The notes: generated by a model not told the origin, from the sequence alone. A stretch of 64,000 bases of DNA from an uncultured Gammaproteobacteria bacterium (GCA_964538435.1 CAZIDX010000003.1:15948-79947); one strand, 5' to 3'. Numbered from the stretch's first letter, positions 48,333 to 59,364 are shown. A program made the numbers and translations.

Positions 48333-51099
48333 GAAAAAAGCACAAACAAAAAAGAAAACTACGCGTCGCAAAAAACCTGCGATCATTCCTTCAATTACTT
48401 CGCAAACTCAGGGGTCTCAGCTCAAACGAGCTCTTTCGCGCCACAAAACACGCAAAGTAAAAACAGACCTGTTTGATCACGCCCTTCCTGTAAGCGCTCA
48501 ATTCACAGGCGTGATGAATGCACATCACCTGCACGCACAACCAGACATCCAGCACGCCAGCGAGCATGCCTTGTCTCCGTTTGTGCTCTCTCTTAAACCC
48601 CACCACTTCATTGCCCCAACCAAACTTCTTGAAGAAGAATGGACATCTTATCGCGTAAATCTCCTCCACGGGCATGTTGGATCTCCTGCTCAAGCTGAAA
48701 CCTATTCCCCAACACCATTTTCACAAACTGACCCCCTCTCAGACCTCGCTCTCTCACCAGAAGAAATGCGAGATCAACTCACTCAAGAACTTGTCCGAGA
48801 AAACGGGTGGACACGCCTTTCACTTCCAATCCAGAAAGCACGCCCTCTCAAACAAACAGCAACTCTTGCAACATCCACATTCTTCCTTCCAGAAGACTCC
48901 AAACATTTTGAAACATTCTCTTCAGAAAACTTTGTTCCTTCTCAAATTCCAGAAGACATTTTTGCTTACTTTGACCTACCAGAAGAAGAGGAAGCTCTGC
49001 CTGAATCAGAAGTAATAACGCTCGACACACTCGAACATGAACTACTCGAATTCGATGATGAAGACTACTTGGATGAAACCCCTGGAAAACGTTTTGTCAT
49101 AAACTGGAAAGCTCTCCTTATCCTTCCAGGTGGATGGCAACGAACCCTGGTGAGCTTTGTGCTTCTTTCTTTTGCTATTGTTCTCCCCTTGCATGCCATG
49201 AATGTTGTTCAAGAACTCCGCGAAACAAAAACAGAGCTCGAAGTCACCGGACAAGCTGCTGTTTCCCTACTCTCAAGTGGAGCAGATGCGGCTCTTGATA
49301 GAAACACAGCCGTAGCCGCAGCATCGTTCAGTAAAGCCGGAGCAGAATTTGATTCAGCCTCACAAACCATCAATGACCTTGGGATCGGCGCAGCAACAAT
49401 CCTCTCCGCGCTCCCTGTCGCAGGTGATGACTTTCGCACAGGAAAAGCCCTCATCACAGCCGGAGAAGAACTTGCGATTGCAGGTCAGCGTATTGCAGAA
49501 GGAATGCAAGCAGCAGAAAACGAACTTGACCCAACCCCAACATCCAGGTTGGCAATCCTAAACATTTACCTTGAATCAGCGCTCCCTCACCTGATGACCG
49601 CAAAGGAAGCTGTAGAAAAAATCGATGGAGCCATTCTCCCAACAGCGTACCAGGAGACCTTTGACACGCTCCAAACACAACTTCCAAACCTCATCACATC
49701 TGTTGAAGATTTTCTTTCTTTCTATGAAGTCATCAACATTGTACTCGGAGGTGACGGCGTCATGCGTTATCTGCTTATTTTCCAAAACAACACTGAGATC
49801 CGACCAACAGGAGGCTTTATCGGAAGCTTTGCTGAGCTGAAAATCAGAAATGGTGAAATTGAAGAAATGACCGTGCCTGGCGGCGGATCATACGACCTAC
49901 AAGGATCAATGCGCACAACATTTGCAGCCCCAGAGCCGCTTCAAATCCTCAAATCAAAATGGGAGTTCCAAGACGGAAACTGGTTCCCTGACTTCCCAAC
50001 ATCCGCTCGCCAGCTCCTTCAGTTCTACGAAAACGCCGGAGGCCCAACAGTCGACGGAGTCATTGCTGTAAACGCAACCTATGTCGCAGAACTGATCGGA
50101 CTTCTGGGATCCATTCAAATGCCAGAATACAACCGCATTATTGACGAAGAAAATTTCATCTTCGAAGCGCAACGCATTGTAGAGATTGAATACGACAAAG
50201 AAGAAAACAAACCAAAAGCCTTTATCGGCGACCTGGCTCCCCTGCTCCTAGAAAAGGCTCTTGAAAAAACTTCAGAAGATTTTCTAGATGTGCTCTCCTT
50301 TGCCGAGCAAGGCATGCTTGGAAAAGATGTGCAGCTCTATTTCAATAACGACGAGATCCAACGAAAAGTCCTAGAACGAGGCTGGGGTGGTTCTGTTATT
50401 CAAACAGACGGAGACTATCTCATGGTGGTTGATACCAATCTTGGAGGAGGAAAAACCGATGGTGTCATCGAGGAAGACGTGAACCTTGATGTAACAATTG
50501 CTAATGACGGTTCTATTACAAACACTGTCACCATCACACGCACACACCATGGAATCCAAGGACTGCTCTTCACAGGTGTAAACAACGTAGATTACTTGCG
50601 TATCTATGTCCCTAAGGGGAGCGAGCTTCTTGAAGCCAACGGCTTCACTGTGCCAGATGAGACACTGTTTGACCGACCAGAAGAAGGTTGGACCATAGAC
50701 GATGACTTGATCTACGCCGCACTCTCCCAAGAGACAGACCCAGCCACCGGAACAAAAATCACACAAGAACATGGGAAGACCGTGTTTGGAAACTGGGTGC
50801 AAACAAAACCAGGCTCAAGCTCAACCATCACATTCACATACAAGCTTCCATTCACACTAAGCATGCTAAGCAGTGAGCCAACACTCATAGACAAAATCCA
50901 AGATCTCGTTGGCATCCCAGAAACAGACCAGTACTCACTGACCGTGCAAAAACAATCTGGAATCCTTGACCGAACAACAACAGTCAACTTTTCCGCACCT
51001 GATGCAATCAACCAAATCTGGACCTCTCACAAAGACGAAATCACATTTACAAACGCAACCGACGGTTTCTTTGCAACACTCTTTGAAGAGCAGCCGTAA
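48323..51099 (+). CDS. DUF4012-like membrane protein associated with polysaccharide loci. Start taken at the GTG overlapping the upstream stop; alternatively ATG at 48514.
   Basis: Basic N-terminus, single TM (WQRTLVSFVLLSFAIVLPL). C-terminal region GGFIGSFAELKIRNGEIEEMTVPGGGSYDLQG...WFPDFPTSARQ resembles DUF4012 proteins. The track ORF starts at 48238, inside the preceding gene. Confidence 0.5.
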
Positions 51100-51102
51100 T
51101 GT

Positions 51103-52944
51103 ATGAATAAAAAAACAACATCAAAAAAACGGAGGAACAAGCGTGAGATCAAAAAAGAACTTAGGTCCATCTACGTTGGCGCTGATGGAAAAATGCCAGA
51201 CCTAAGCACCCTCACGCGAGATACTTCAGGATTGACTCGAACACTTCTTAAAGTCGTTGTTTTTTTGTTTGCCATCTCAGCGCTCGCCTGGGCAGGATTC
51301 TTTTTATTCACAAACGGATTATTCCAAGACAACGAATCTCTCACCCTCACGATTGACGGTCCTCAAACAGCTGTATCTGGAGAAGAAGTAAGCTACACCA
51401 TCCGCTACGAAAACACAGGCAATGTCCCAGTCGCAGCCCTAAGCGCAAAGCTCAACTTCCCATCCACCTTCCACATCTACTCAACTATCCCAGAAACAAC
51501 ATCTGGCGAAGACGAGTGGACAATTGGATCCGTCACACCTGGTTCAGACGGAGCAATCACAGTAAACGGCGTCTTCCTCTCAGAAGTTCCAAGCTCCCAG
51601 CGCATTCAAGCACTGTTCAACTACAAACCAGCAAACTTTTCATCTGAATTTCAAGACCTGGTATCACAAAAAGTCGACATTGATGACTCAGTGGTTGCCC
51701 TGTCACTCTCTGGCCCAGAAAAAGCGTTGGCTGGAGACGAGGCAGAGTACATTATTAATTTGCAAAACATGAGCACTGACCCGGTTTACAACCTGCGCGT
51801 CACACCTGCTCTACCAATTGATTTTTCACTCACCACAACAGATCCAGAAATCCTAGAAGGAGAATCCTACTGGACAGTAGACGTTCTTGAACCAGGCGAA
51901 CTCAAAGCGCTCAACATGAACGGCACCTACACCTCCACAGCATCTGGTGAGCAAACCGTTTCAGCATCCGTTGGCTTTGTTGATGAAAGTCTGGTACTCA
52001 CACAAAGCTCAGAGAATGTTCTCACAGACATCCTCGGCGGTAGTGTAGGTTTTAGCCTGATTGTAAACGGATCAGCCTCAGACCAAACCGCAGAGGTCGG
52101 ACAAATCCTCCGCCTCTCAATTGACTACGAAAACAACTCAGACCAAAGCATAAAAGACCTAAGCTTTGAACTTTCCATCACAGGTGACGGCGACCTCCCA
52201 ATCGACTGGGAGAACGCAAGCATGAGCGATGGTCTGCTCTCAGGCAGCACCCTCACTTACAACTCAACAACCCACGAAGAACTTGCAGAACTCGCACCAA
52301 CAGACGAAGGTGTCATCGATTTAAGTCTGCCAGTTTTTGACTCACTTACAGAAAACGCAACTGATTCATTCACCATCAATCTAAAAGCTGTACTCTCTGA
52401 AGTCGCAGGTATCTCAAGCGTTCGAGAGATTGATGTCACACCAATTGTCGTAAGTCTCAACTCAGACACAAGTGTTGGCGCACATGCCCGCTACTTCTCA
52501 ACCGGAGGAACCTCAATTGGAACAGGCCCTCTCCCCCCAGTCGTTGGAGAAACAACAAGCTTCCGTGTGTATTGGAACATCAACAATGCTCTGCACGCAC
52601 TCGACGATATCGAACTCATGACAACACTCCCACAAGATGTGACCTGGCTTGAAAATGCAGACAAAGACATCGGAGACATCACCTACGATGCAACAACAAG
52701 ACAGGTGACCTGGACCGTATCAAAACTTCCTACCGATGTTGAAAGTGCTGGAGCCTGGTATGAAATCGCCGTAAACCCTGCCGAGCACGATGTGGGAACA
52801 TTCATGAAGCTAACAAACACCACAAGCTTCACAGCAACAGACACAGTCACAAACACAGAACTCTCAGACACCCTCGACATCCTCACAACAGAGCTCTCTA
52901 ACGATGACTTCGCCGCCGGTCTAGGGGTCGTGATGGAGGAATGA
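51103..52944 (+). CDS. Membrane-anchored surface protein with repeated DUF11/CARDB-like beta-sandwich domains
   Basis: N-terminal TM (LKVVVFLFAISALAWAGFFLF). Repeats of the LTIDGPQTAVSGEEVSYTIRYENTGNVPV type. 613 aa. Confidence 0.5.
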   Translation: MNKKTTSKKRRNKREIKKELRSIYVGADGKMPDLSTLTRDTSGLTRTLLKVVVFLFAISALAWAGFFLFTNGLFQDNESLTLTIDGPQTAVSGEEVSYTIRYENTGNVPVAALSAKLNFPSTFHIYSTIPETTSGEDEWTIGSVTPGSDGAITVNGVFLSEVPSSQRIQALFNYKPANFSSEFQDLVSQKVDIDDSVVALSLSGPEKALAGDEAEYIINLQNMSTDPVYNLRVTPALPIDFSLTTTDPEILEGESYWTVDVLEPGELKALNMNGTYTSTASGEQTVSASVGFVDESLVLTQSSENVLTDILGGSVGFSLIVNGSASDQTAEVGQILRLSIDYENNSDQSIKDLSFELSITGDGDLPIDWENASMSDGLLSGSTLTYNSTTHEELAELAPTDEGVIDLSLPVFDSLTENATDSFTINLKAVLSEVAGISSVREIDVTPIVVSLNSDTSVGAHARYFSTGGTSIGTGPLPPVVGETTSFRVYWNINNALHALDDIELMTTLPQDVTWLENADKDIGDITYDATTRQVTWTVSKLPTDVESAGAWYEIAVNPAEHDVGTFMKLTNTTSFTATDTVTNTELSDTLDILTTELSNDDFAAGLGVVMEE

Positions 52945-52947
52945 TGT

Positions 52948-53796
52948 ATGAACGACTCAAAAATGGAACAATTTTACGAAGAGTTTGCAGAAGAACACAC
53001 AGACGAAGAACTTTATTGGAAAGAAAACCCTCAACCTGGAGGTTACCTCATGCCCCTTAGGGCAAAAACATTGTTAAAAAAAATCGAAGCCTCTATTCAG
53101 TCCCCTAATGACTCCATTGTTGATTTTGGATGTGGGGACGGTATCTTGTTAAAAAAAATCACAAAACCCTGCAAAAAGTTTGGTGTTGATATTTGTGACA
53201 CACATATCCAAAGAGCACAAAACAATATCCCAAATGGAACGTTCAAAAAAATCGCTCCTGAATCACAAACGCCGTTTAAAACAAACTTGTTTGATGTTAC
53301 AGTTTCATCAGAGGTGATCGAACATGTAAAAAATCCAAAACAATTTATTCAAGAACTTGTTCGAATCACGAAACCAGGAGGAACAATCATTGTCACAACC
53401 CCTTCAAAATTTGGCTTCCGTCCAGGCTCACTTACCTGGAAATGGAACATCATGGTGTGTGTTAATCGATTCTTTGACTGGGTTCCTTACAAACTTAAAA
53501 CACTGATTAAAGGAAAAAGTATTTCAGAAGGAGTAGCAAAGGAATTTACAAACCATCACCACCTGCACATTTTTAGCGCAAGAAACCTTCGTAACTTTTT
53601 TCCAAAAAAAACTGTGACAAAAAGCCAGCTTTCAACATGCGGACTATACCTACCACCAATGAAAATCTGGAGTAGGCTAACCTATCATATTCCTTTGATA
53701 AAGAAACTGTACACATTGATGGATATCATGATCGGAAAAATCCCCTTCCTCAAACAGATCAATTGCACTCTCATACTGGTAGTAAAGAAAAAATAG
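52948..53796 (+). CDS. Class I SAM-dependent methyltransferase. Low-GC gene.
   Basis: VDFGCGDGILLKKI (motif I) and IVTTP (motif post-II). About 35% GC, unlike its neighbours. Confidence 0.65.
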   Translation: MNDSKMEQFYEEFAEEHTDEELYWKENPQPGGYLMPLRAKTLLKKIEASIQSPNDSIVDFGCGDGILLKKITKPCKKFGVDICDTHIQRAQNNIPNGTFKKIAPESQTPFKTNLFDVTVSSEVIEHVKNPKQFIQELVRITKPGGTIIVTTPSKFGFRPGSLTWKWNIMVCVNRFFDWVPYKLKTLIKGKSISEGVAKEFTNHHHLHIFSARNLRNFFPKKTVTKSQLSTCGLYLPPMKIWSRLTYHIPLIKKLYTLMDIMIGKIPFLKQINCTLILVVKKK

Positions 53797-53801
53797 AAAC
53801 G

Positions 53802-53834
53802 AAAAAACCACTGATCAATATGATCGGTGGTTTT
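53802..53834. terminator. Bidirectional intrinsic terminator
   Basis: aaaaaaCCACTGATCAatatGATCGGTGGtttt. Confidence 0.6.
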
Positions 53835-54610
53835 AAAAAGCAAGAGTCCCCACCCGACCGAAGTCAGATGGGGACCGTTCTCGCAACCTGTCTCCTGCCC
53901 CTACATGACTTGCAGGGCTTCAGCCGGCGGCGATCACGTCGCACACATCGGCGGCCCGAGGTGGGGCCAGAAGTATCAGATGTTGAGGGATGGGGGCTCG
54001 TACTCTTGTCCCCCTCAAAACGCAGCTGATTTTGGGCGCGCTCAGCCGAGCGCACAGCGTTCGAAGAACCAACATGGCTTTGGCATCGGACCTCGCAGGC
54101 GTCGTTGGGGGAGCGGGGCGGAGGAAGGGCACGGTCACCTTCCCCTCACCCCTGGTTGGAGGGACAGTCCATTTCGCAGCGCAGCAGCGCTCCCGGCCTC
54201 CCATGATCACACACCAGGAAGAAGCAGAAGGCGGGCCAGCGCTGAAGAGCTCGGTCGGCGGCGAAGCGTAGCAGGCAGGCCAAGGTCGGCCTCCTCTCGC
54301 TCCGGCGCGGGGCACGGCAACCAGTCGGAATCCCTTTCGGGCCACAACAGTTGGCGTGAGTAGCACATGCAGCTCTCGCAGCCAGACGGCAACATCGCCG
54401 ACGGCCACGCTCAGCAGCCTGCATGCACCCAGATCTCGGCGCGGCTTAGGACTGTTTTGCTGGGTCTCCGTGACTCCCAGCTGACATGAACGCAAGGCAT
54501 CTCGACGGCGACCAGGGAGGCCGCATCAGCGCCGAACCATGCGTCTTGCACCCAACCGTGTGGCCCATGGCAATGCCAAAAGGCGAAGCAGAGGTTGACG
54601 AGCAAGGATG
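53835..54610 (-). ncRNA. Candidate large GC-rich noncoding transcript or structured RNA (about 780 nt, about 63% GC), unknown family
   Basis: No credible ORF: track ORFs here are Arg/Pro/Ala-rich GC artefacts on both strands. Minus-sense promoter GGGTTGACAAAAACAC at about 54641-54650. Terminator at 53802-53834. Shares the 14-mer TTAGGACTGTTTTG with the 23.5-kb candidate ncRNA. Confidence 0.25.
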
Positions 54611-54702
54611 CAAGGTATCACATTTGGGTGTTTTTGTCAACCCACTCACCTCAAAAACACCTATTTTCGACAAAAAAACGACATTTTACCAACCCTTACT
54701 GA

Positions 54703-54803
54703 GCGAAGCTGTGGTATTGCATGAGAATATGTGAGGTGGTGGTCGTCTATCCTTCGAGACGGCCCGGCTCCGCCGAACATATTCTCATGCAATACCATAG
54801 CGA
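54703..54803 (+). repeat. Hairpin-embedded conserved-core element, copy 7 (with 5' GAGCGAAGCT and 3' GCGAGCGTATTAGAAAA modules)
   Basis: Core GAGGTGGTGGTCGTCTATCCTTCGAGACGGCCCGGCTCCGCC (54733-54774). Flanks gctgtggtattgcatgagaatatgt / gaacatattctcatgcaataccatagc. Confidence 0.8.
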
Positions 54804-54846
54804 GCGTATTAGAAAATCCCGAACATCTGTTCGGGACTCGTACCTT

Positions 54847-55317
54847 CTAAGCGTTGATGTCTGTCTGCATCCGAGGCCGCTTGAGAAAACCCTTCAACCT
54901 CTCGAAACCCTCCTTGGTGCTCACAGCGATCTTGATCGCATCACCAGCCGGAGTCAGCTCATCGATCAGAACCTGCTCACCACCTGGCACCACGACCAGC
55001 AGCTTGGAGCTGTCGACACGCTCGAGCATGTCAGCGACCACACGGACCATCTGGGCATCCGTCACCAGCACCATGAGCACGTCAGCAACCCCCAGCGCCA
55101 GATCCGGCAGCAGCACCAGCTCATCCGGGATCACCGGGGTGATGACATGGTTGGGGGTCGTGAGTTCGAACCGCTTGGCCGACAGAACCACCTCGGCCTG
55201 CCACCCCTGACTCACGATCGCGAGAACATGACGCGCACCACACACATCGAGCATGTAGTGATCGGGATACTCGTTGCTGCAACCAGGGAAACCACAGCAC
55301 TGCATTCGCATCGACAT
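54847..55317 (-). CDS. Hypothetical protein (GC-rich class)
   Basis: 156 aa, no recognisable motif. Promoter GGTTGACAATTGAT (minus sense) at about 55371-55380. Confidence 0.4.
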   Translation of the reverse strand: MSMRMQCCGFPGCSNEYPDHYMLDVCGARHVLAIVSQGWQAEVVLSAKRFELTTPNHVITPVIPDELVLLPDLALGVADVLMVLVTDAQMVRVVADMLERVDSSKLLVVVPGGEQVLIDELTPAGDAIKIAVSTKEGFERLKGFLKRPRMQTDINA

Positions 55318-55412
55318 GAGAACCTCCTTTCTCGTCTCGTGAAGAAATACACCCTACCCAAAAAAGCATCAATTGTCAACCCAAACCAAAAACCACCGAA
55401 AGTCTCGATGGT

Positions 55413-56336
55413 TTAAACGGATCGCCTAACTTTTCTCGCCAGCTCATACAATCGATATCGAAGCGGCTTCAAAATCACATCAAATGTCCCCGCGCTCTCC
55501 ACATCCTCCCCACCAAACCCTCGCTTAAATCTACTTATTCCTTCCCAGGGATGATTCTCTGCGTTTGCTGGCGCAACCCCCCACCAATCGTACCACTGAA
55601 AACCTTTCTCCCTGGCGTCTTGTATAAGCCTCCAGTGCAACAGACTCGGAGCCATCAATTTTCGATATTCATGATCGCTTGCTCCATGTACATACGTACG
55701 CGTATCCCCAAAGTCATTCATAACCGTAGCAGCAACAGCCCTACCCTGAACAAACGCAGCTGCCAAAAACATCTTGCAGTCGCCATCTTTCAAAGAAGAC
55801 AACTGCTTCTCATAATACTTTTTCGAGTGAAGTTTAAACCCACCCCGAGCTCCAGTTTTCTCAAAAAGCCCCCACACATCATCAAGCTCAACCCCCTCAA
55901 TCCTAACCTCCACCTCCTTGCGCTCAGCAAGACGAATGTTATAACGCGTCTTATGATGCATTCCGGAAAGCAAATCTTCCTCACTCTTTGAAAGATCCAA
56001 AATACTTGTCACAGCTGGCTGAAGCTCAATGCTCTTCTTTGCCTCCACCTCAAGCTCTTCAGGCTCAATCCGAGCAAACATTGCCTCTCCACCAATCTCC
56101 CCCATCTTCCCAATCGGCCCTTTTGGTGCTGACCAATACTCACCAAACATCGGCACCTGCTTTCTAATCCAAAGCGTTTGCCCAATCACCTTACCCTCAT
56201 GTTCTACTCGCTGCCTCTCAATCTTCTCACCAAGAACCTTCTGGAACCCCCCCCACTCCCAAGATTGTAAAAACCGACCCGATCGCGGGCCGTTTTCCAA
56301 AACAAAACTATTCCAATCTTTTCTGTTCATAATCAT
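55413..56336 (-). CDS. FemAB-family peptidoglycan interpeptide-bridge aminoacyltransferase
   Basis: 307 aa. Pattern ...FLQSWEWGGFQKVLGEK... and GxxVAATV... typical of the FemX/FemAB fold. Overlaps the ruvA stop by 4 bp. Confidence 0.65.
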   Translation of the reverse strand: MIMNRKDWNSFVLENGPRSGRFLQSWEWGGFQKVLGEKIERQRVEHEGKVIGQTLWIRKQVPMFGEYWSAPKGPIGKMGEIGGEAMFARIEPEELEVEAKKSIELQPAVTSILDLSKSEEDLLSGMHHKTRYNIRLAERKEVEVRIEGVELDDVWGLFEKTGARGGFKLHSKKYYEKQLSSLKDGDCKMFLAAAFVQGRAVAATVMNDFGDTRTYVHGASDHEYRKLMAPSLLHWRLIQDAREKGFQWYDWWGVAPANAENHPWEGISRFKRGFGGEDVESAGTFDVILKPLRYRLYELARKVRRSV

Positions 56337-56878
56337 TTCACCATCCCCCTAAGAGCCGAGCGAATCCTTTCATCAGTAGTGTCTCCTTGAGCCGCAGCAA
56401 TCGCAGCCTCTGCATCCCGCTTTTTATACCCAAGCCCAACAAGTGCGTCAACAGCGTCTGTGTCAAACGACTCCACTGGTTCATCATCCGCAAGAACACC
56501 CTTTAGTTCCAAAACGATTTTCTGTGCTGTCTTCTTTCCAACCCCAGACACATTTGTAAGAGCACTAAGATCTCCTTTCATGATAGTTGACCGCACCTGA
56601 TCAACCGAATGCGAGAAAACAATCTTCTGTGCAATCTTTGGACCCACCCCTGAAATCGCAATAAGTTTCCAAAAAAGCTCAAGCTGATCAACACTTGAAA
56701 AACCAAACAGCTCGCGCTCATTATCACGAATCACCTCGTGCAGATACACTTCCACCTCACCCCGAAAATCATGAGTAGCGCTCTCAGGCAAAGAAACACG
56801 GTAGCCAATGCCTCCGTGCTTGATAATCAAATACCCATCTCCATGATAAAGAACCTCTCCCTGCAAATACGCCATCAT
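56333..56878 (-). CDS. ruvA: Holliday junction DNA helicase RuvA
   Basis: Start MMAYLQGEVLYHGDGYLIIKHGGIGYRV with RBS GGGGGAG. HhH motifs LISGVGPKIAQKI / NVSGVGKKTAQKIVLEL. The track ORF extends the N-terminus spuriously. Confidence 0.75.
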   Translation of the reverse strand: MMAYLQGEVLYHGDGYLIIKHGGIGYRVSLPESATHDFRGEVEVYLHEVIRDNERELFGFSSVDQLELFWKLIAISGVGPKIAQKIVFSHSVDQVRSTIMKGDLSALTNVSGVGKKTAQKIVLELKGVLADDEPVESFDTDAVDALVGLGYKKRDAEAAIAAAQGDTTDERIRSALRGMVK

Positions 56879-56879
56879 A

Positions 56880-58136
56880 CTACTCCCCCTGCTTAAATGT
56901 TTTCTTATAGTAAGCCAAGAACCTTCGCTCAATCTCCTGGTCAATTGTTTTCCCAAACTTTGGCATGTCCCCTTTGCCAATAATCCCCGAGTGAATACGC
57001 CGAAGCACTTTTCCAAACTCTGGCCCAGCCTCCATGCCAAGAAGGTCCATGAGCGCCACACCATCAAGCCCAACTGTTTTAAACACATTATTCCGTGCGC
57101 TCTTCTCTTTTTTCTCTCGATTCCGAATCTTCTCAGTCCGCATCATTGGTTCATACTGATGCTCGGACTCAAGCATGTTTACAATCGGCATAGCATCATG
57201 CCAGTACCCATGTACAGATAAAAGCTCTGATCCAAACACCGTATCAAGCAACATGCACCCCTGCATCAAATCAAGAAAATCATCACCATCCCATCCGCGC
57301 GCTCGCGCCAAGTGACGATAGCGTCGAATTCTCTCTGGCCGCACCTTAACAAAATCTTTTATAAACTCCATGTGATGCGTAATAAGATCTTCAAGTAAAT
57401 CTAAATCTCTAGCTGGCAAATCATGCGCCTGACAAAATCTCTCAAGCAATTGCTCAAACACAGGTGTATGAATCTGCCGAGCATGATGCGGATACTTCAC
57501 ATCAATCTCATACGTCATGTAAAAATCACGCTGAAGCTCGCGTGCGCCATGCCCAGGATGTTGCTCTTCAAAATCCCGATAAAGCTCTAAGTACCTCTCT
57601 CGAAGCTGTGCGCGATCCGCATGAGACTTATGCGCATACTGATTCTCCTCCATGTTAAATCCTTGCTCCTCACCCCGGGAATGCTCTCGCGACCTAAACC
57701 GAATCGTAGACCACTTTGCAATATCATGCACAAGTGTGAACACCTCATAAAGCGCGGCTTGTTCCTTAATTGTCTCTTCAAGCTCTTCAATCTCCCCCTC
57801 ATAGCCCTTGAGCCTACGGAACTCCTCAATATCAATAAGATGAACTTTCTCATCTACAATCGCATAAAGAGCCATGAGCATGCTGCGCAAATGATCGCGC
57901 ATAAAAGGACCTTCAGCATGATACCGAACATCCTGAGGAGTGCGCAGCGAATCCATAAAAAGCGGTTCAGATTGGCTCGCGCTATCAAGCATCTGCTCTG
58001 CACGCAAATACAAATCCTTATCAGCACGAATACGCTTCACCACTTGGTCAAGATACTCTGTTTCTTTTTTCTCGTGCGTTGATTCAAATCTCCACATATC
58101 ACCTTCTATTCTACGCCAAACCAAAAAGAGCTCCAA
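56880..58136 (-). CDS. HD-domain protein (putative metal-dependent phosphohydrolase), 418 aa
   Basis: H...HD signature (YHAEG...LVHDIAKW) and a second His-rich region. No finer assignment possible by eye. Confidence 0.45.
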   Translation of the reverse strand: MELFLVWRRIEGDMWRFESTHEKKETEYLDQVVKRIRADKDLYLRAEQMLDSASQSEPLFMDSLRTPQDVRYHAEGPFMRDHLRSMLMALYAIVDEKVHLIDIEEFRRLKGYEGEIEELEETIKEQAALYEVFTLVHDIAKWSTIRFRSREHSRGEEQGFNMEENQYAHKSHADRAQLRERYLELYRDFEEQHPGHGARELQRDFYMTYEIDVKYPHHARQIHTPVFEQLLERFCQAHDLPARDLDLLEDLITHHMEFIKDFVKVRPERIRRYRHLARARGWDGDDFLDLMQGCMLLDTVFGSELLSVHGYWHDAMPIVNMLESEHQYEPMMRTEKIRNREKKEKSARNNVFKTVGLDGVALMDLLGMEAGPEFGKVLRRIHSGIIGKGDMPKFGKTIDQEIERRFLAYYKKTFKQGE

Positions 58137-58146
58137 GTGAGCTCCC

Positions 58147-58731
58147 TTAAATGCCTAGGAATCGCCTCAATATCACATCCGCCTTATTTGCCACTCCTTT
58201 AAACTTCATGGACCCGTCAATAACCTCATGCGCATGCACCTGAAGCGGAACAACGATCTCCCGCTGCGCCGGAAGCGCAACACTTCTGTGATACTCAACA
58301 TCATAATCAGGCTGACGCAAAAGCCGCCTCTCAAGCGCAGTCTCTTCATCAACATCAAGCCACAGCCTAAGATCAAACATGTTGCGTATACGTTCATCAG
58401 AAAAAAGCTGCAACCCCTCCGCAAGAATCACAGGTGCTGGCGTGTAAAGCATCTCCCCTGTTGCTGCGCAAAGCCTGCGATTATAAATAGGAACAAAAAC
58501 CTCATTACCCTCACGAAGCTCTTTCAAAGCCTCAAGCACAGCATCCAGGTGTAAACTCTCAGGCAAATCCCAATGAGGTCGTCCATCCTCAAGCTTTGGG
58601 CAATCAACTGCATCCTTATAAAAATCATCTAACCTAAAACGCTTTACTCCTCCCTGCGCCTCCAAGTGATCTGCCAGCGTTGACTTCCCTGCCCCAGAAA
58701 GCCCAGCCAGTCCAATGAGAAAAGGTTTCAT
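58147..58731 (-). CDS. udk: Uridine kinase-family P-loop nucleoside kinase
   Basis: MKPFLIGLAGLSGAGKSTLADHL P-loop, followed by DDFYK. Matches the uridine/cytidine kinase family. Confidence 0.6.
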   Translation of the reverse strand: MKPFLIGLAGLSGAGKSTLADHLEAQGGVKRFRLDDFYKDAVDCPKLEDGRPHWDLPESLHLDAVLEALKELREGNEVFVPIYNRRLCAATGEMLYTPAPVILAEGLQLFSDERIRNMFDLRLWLDVDEETALERRLLRQPDYDVEYHRSVALPAQREIVVPLQVHAHEVIDGSMKFKGVANKADVILRRFLGI

Positions 58732-58797
58732 ATCGACCTCAGTGTAACGCGATTGATTCAGAGTTTCAAGAATAGAAAAACCGAGCAGATGCCCGGT

Positions 58798-59124
58798 CTA
58801 GTGTCGCTCAGCGAGAATGGCATAGGTGACTGCCATCTGCTCGCCTGGCACTGTCGAGTCCCGAAAGTACTCGACAAGTTCGTTGTCAGAGAGCATACGT
58901 TGCACATCACTGCGCATAAGCCCCCTACCGCGACCATGCACAAGCTTTACCACTCGCTCACCAGCCATGAACTGCTGGTCAACAAACTGCTCAGCCATTT
59001 TCACGCCGTCATGCGTGTCTACAGCTGCGTGCAGATCGCACTCAGGTGCGCCACCAAGCTCTGCAGCCATAAGCGCAACCTCGTACTCACGTGTGCGTTG
59101 TGAGAAGCTATCATGTCGACCCAT
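58798..59124 (-). CDS. Smr-domain protein
   Basis: CDLHAAVDTHDG...VVKLVHGRGRGLMRSDVQRML matches the Smr (MutS2 C-terminal-like) domain consensus LDLHG...IIHGKGTG.LR. Confidence 0.5.
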   Translation of the reverse strand: MGRHDSFSQRTREYEVALMAAELGGAPECDLHAAVDTHDGVKMAEQFVDQQFMAGERVVKLVHGRGRGLMRSDVQRMLSDNELVEYFRDSTVPGEQMAVTYAILAERH

Positions 59125-59364
59125 AGAAATGTGTTTACCCGCCCTTTCTGGGCGAGAGCCTGCAAGAGGCTTTTTCCAAGATCCCCACTGTCACACCAAG
59201 CGGCACAACAATGAAGAGCGGCGTGATCAGCAATGTAGCTCCCACCCCAACCTTCGCACAAGCACCAAGAGCCACCACCGCGCACCGCAGCACAGGGAAC
59301 CTACTCTTCTTCATCACTCACCTCCAAAAGAGTTAGTAAATTCCATCACTCCCCCACGCAAGCA

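Noticed and set aside
53827-54495. ORFs 53827..54363(+), 53920..54495(-) and overlapping ones
   Set aside because: Arg/Pro/Ala/Gly-rich on both strands in a 63% GC stretch, with no start or RBS context. Treated as non-coding (possible ncRNA or decayed gene).
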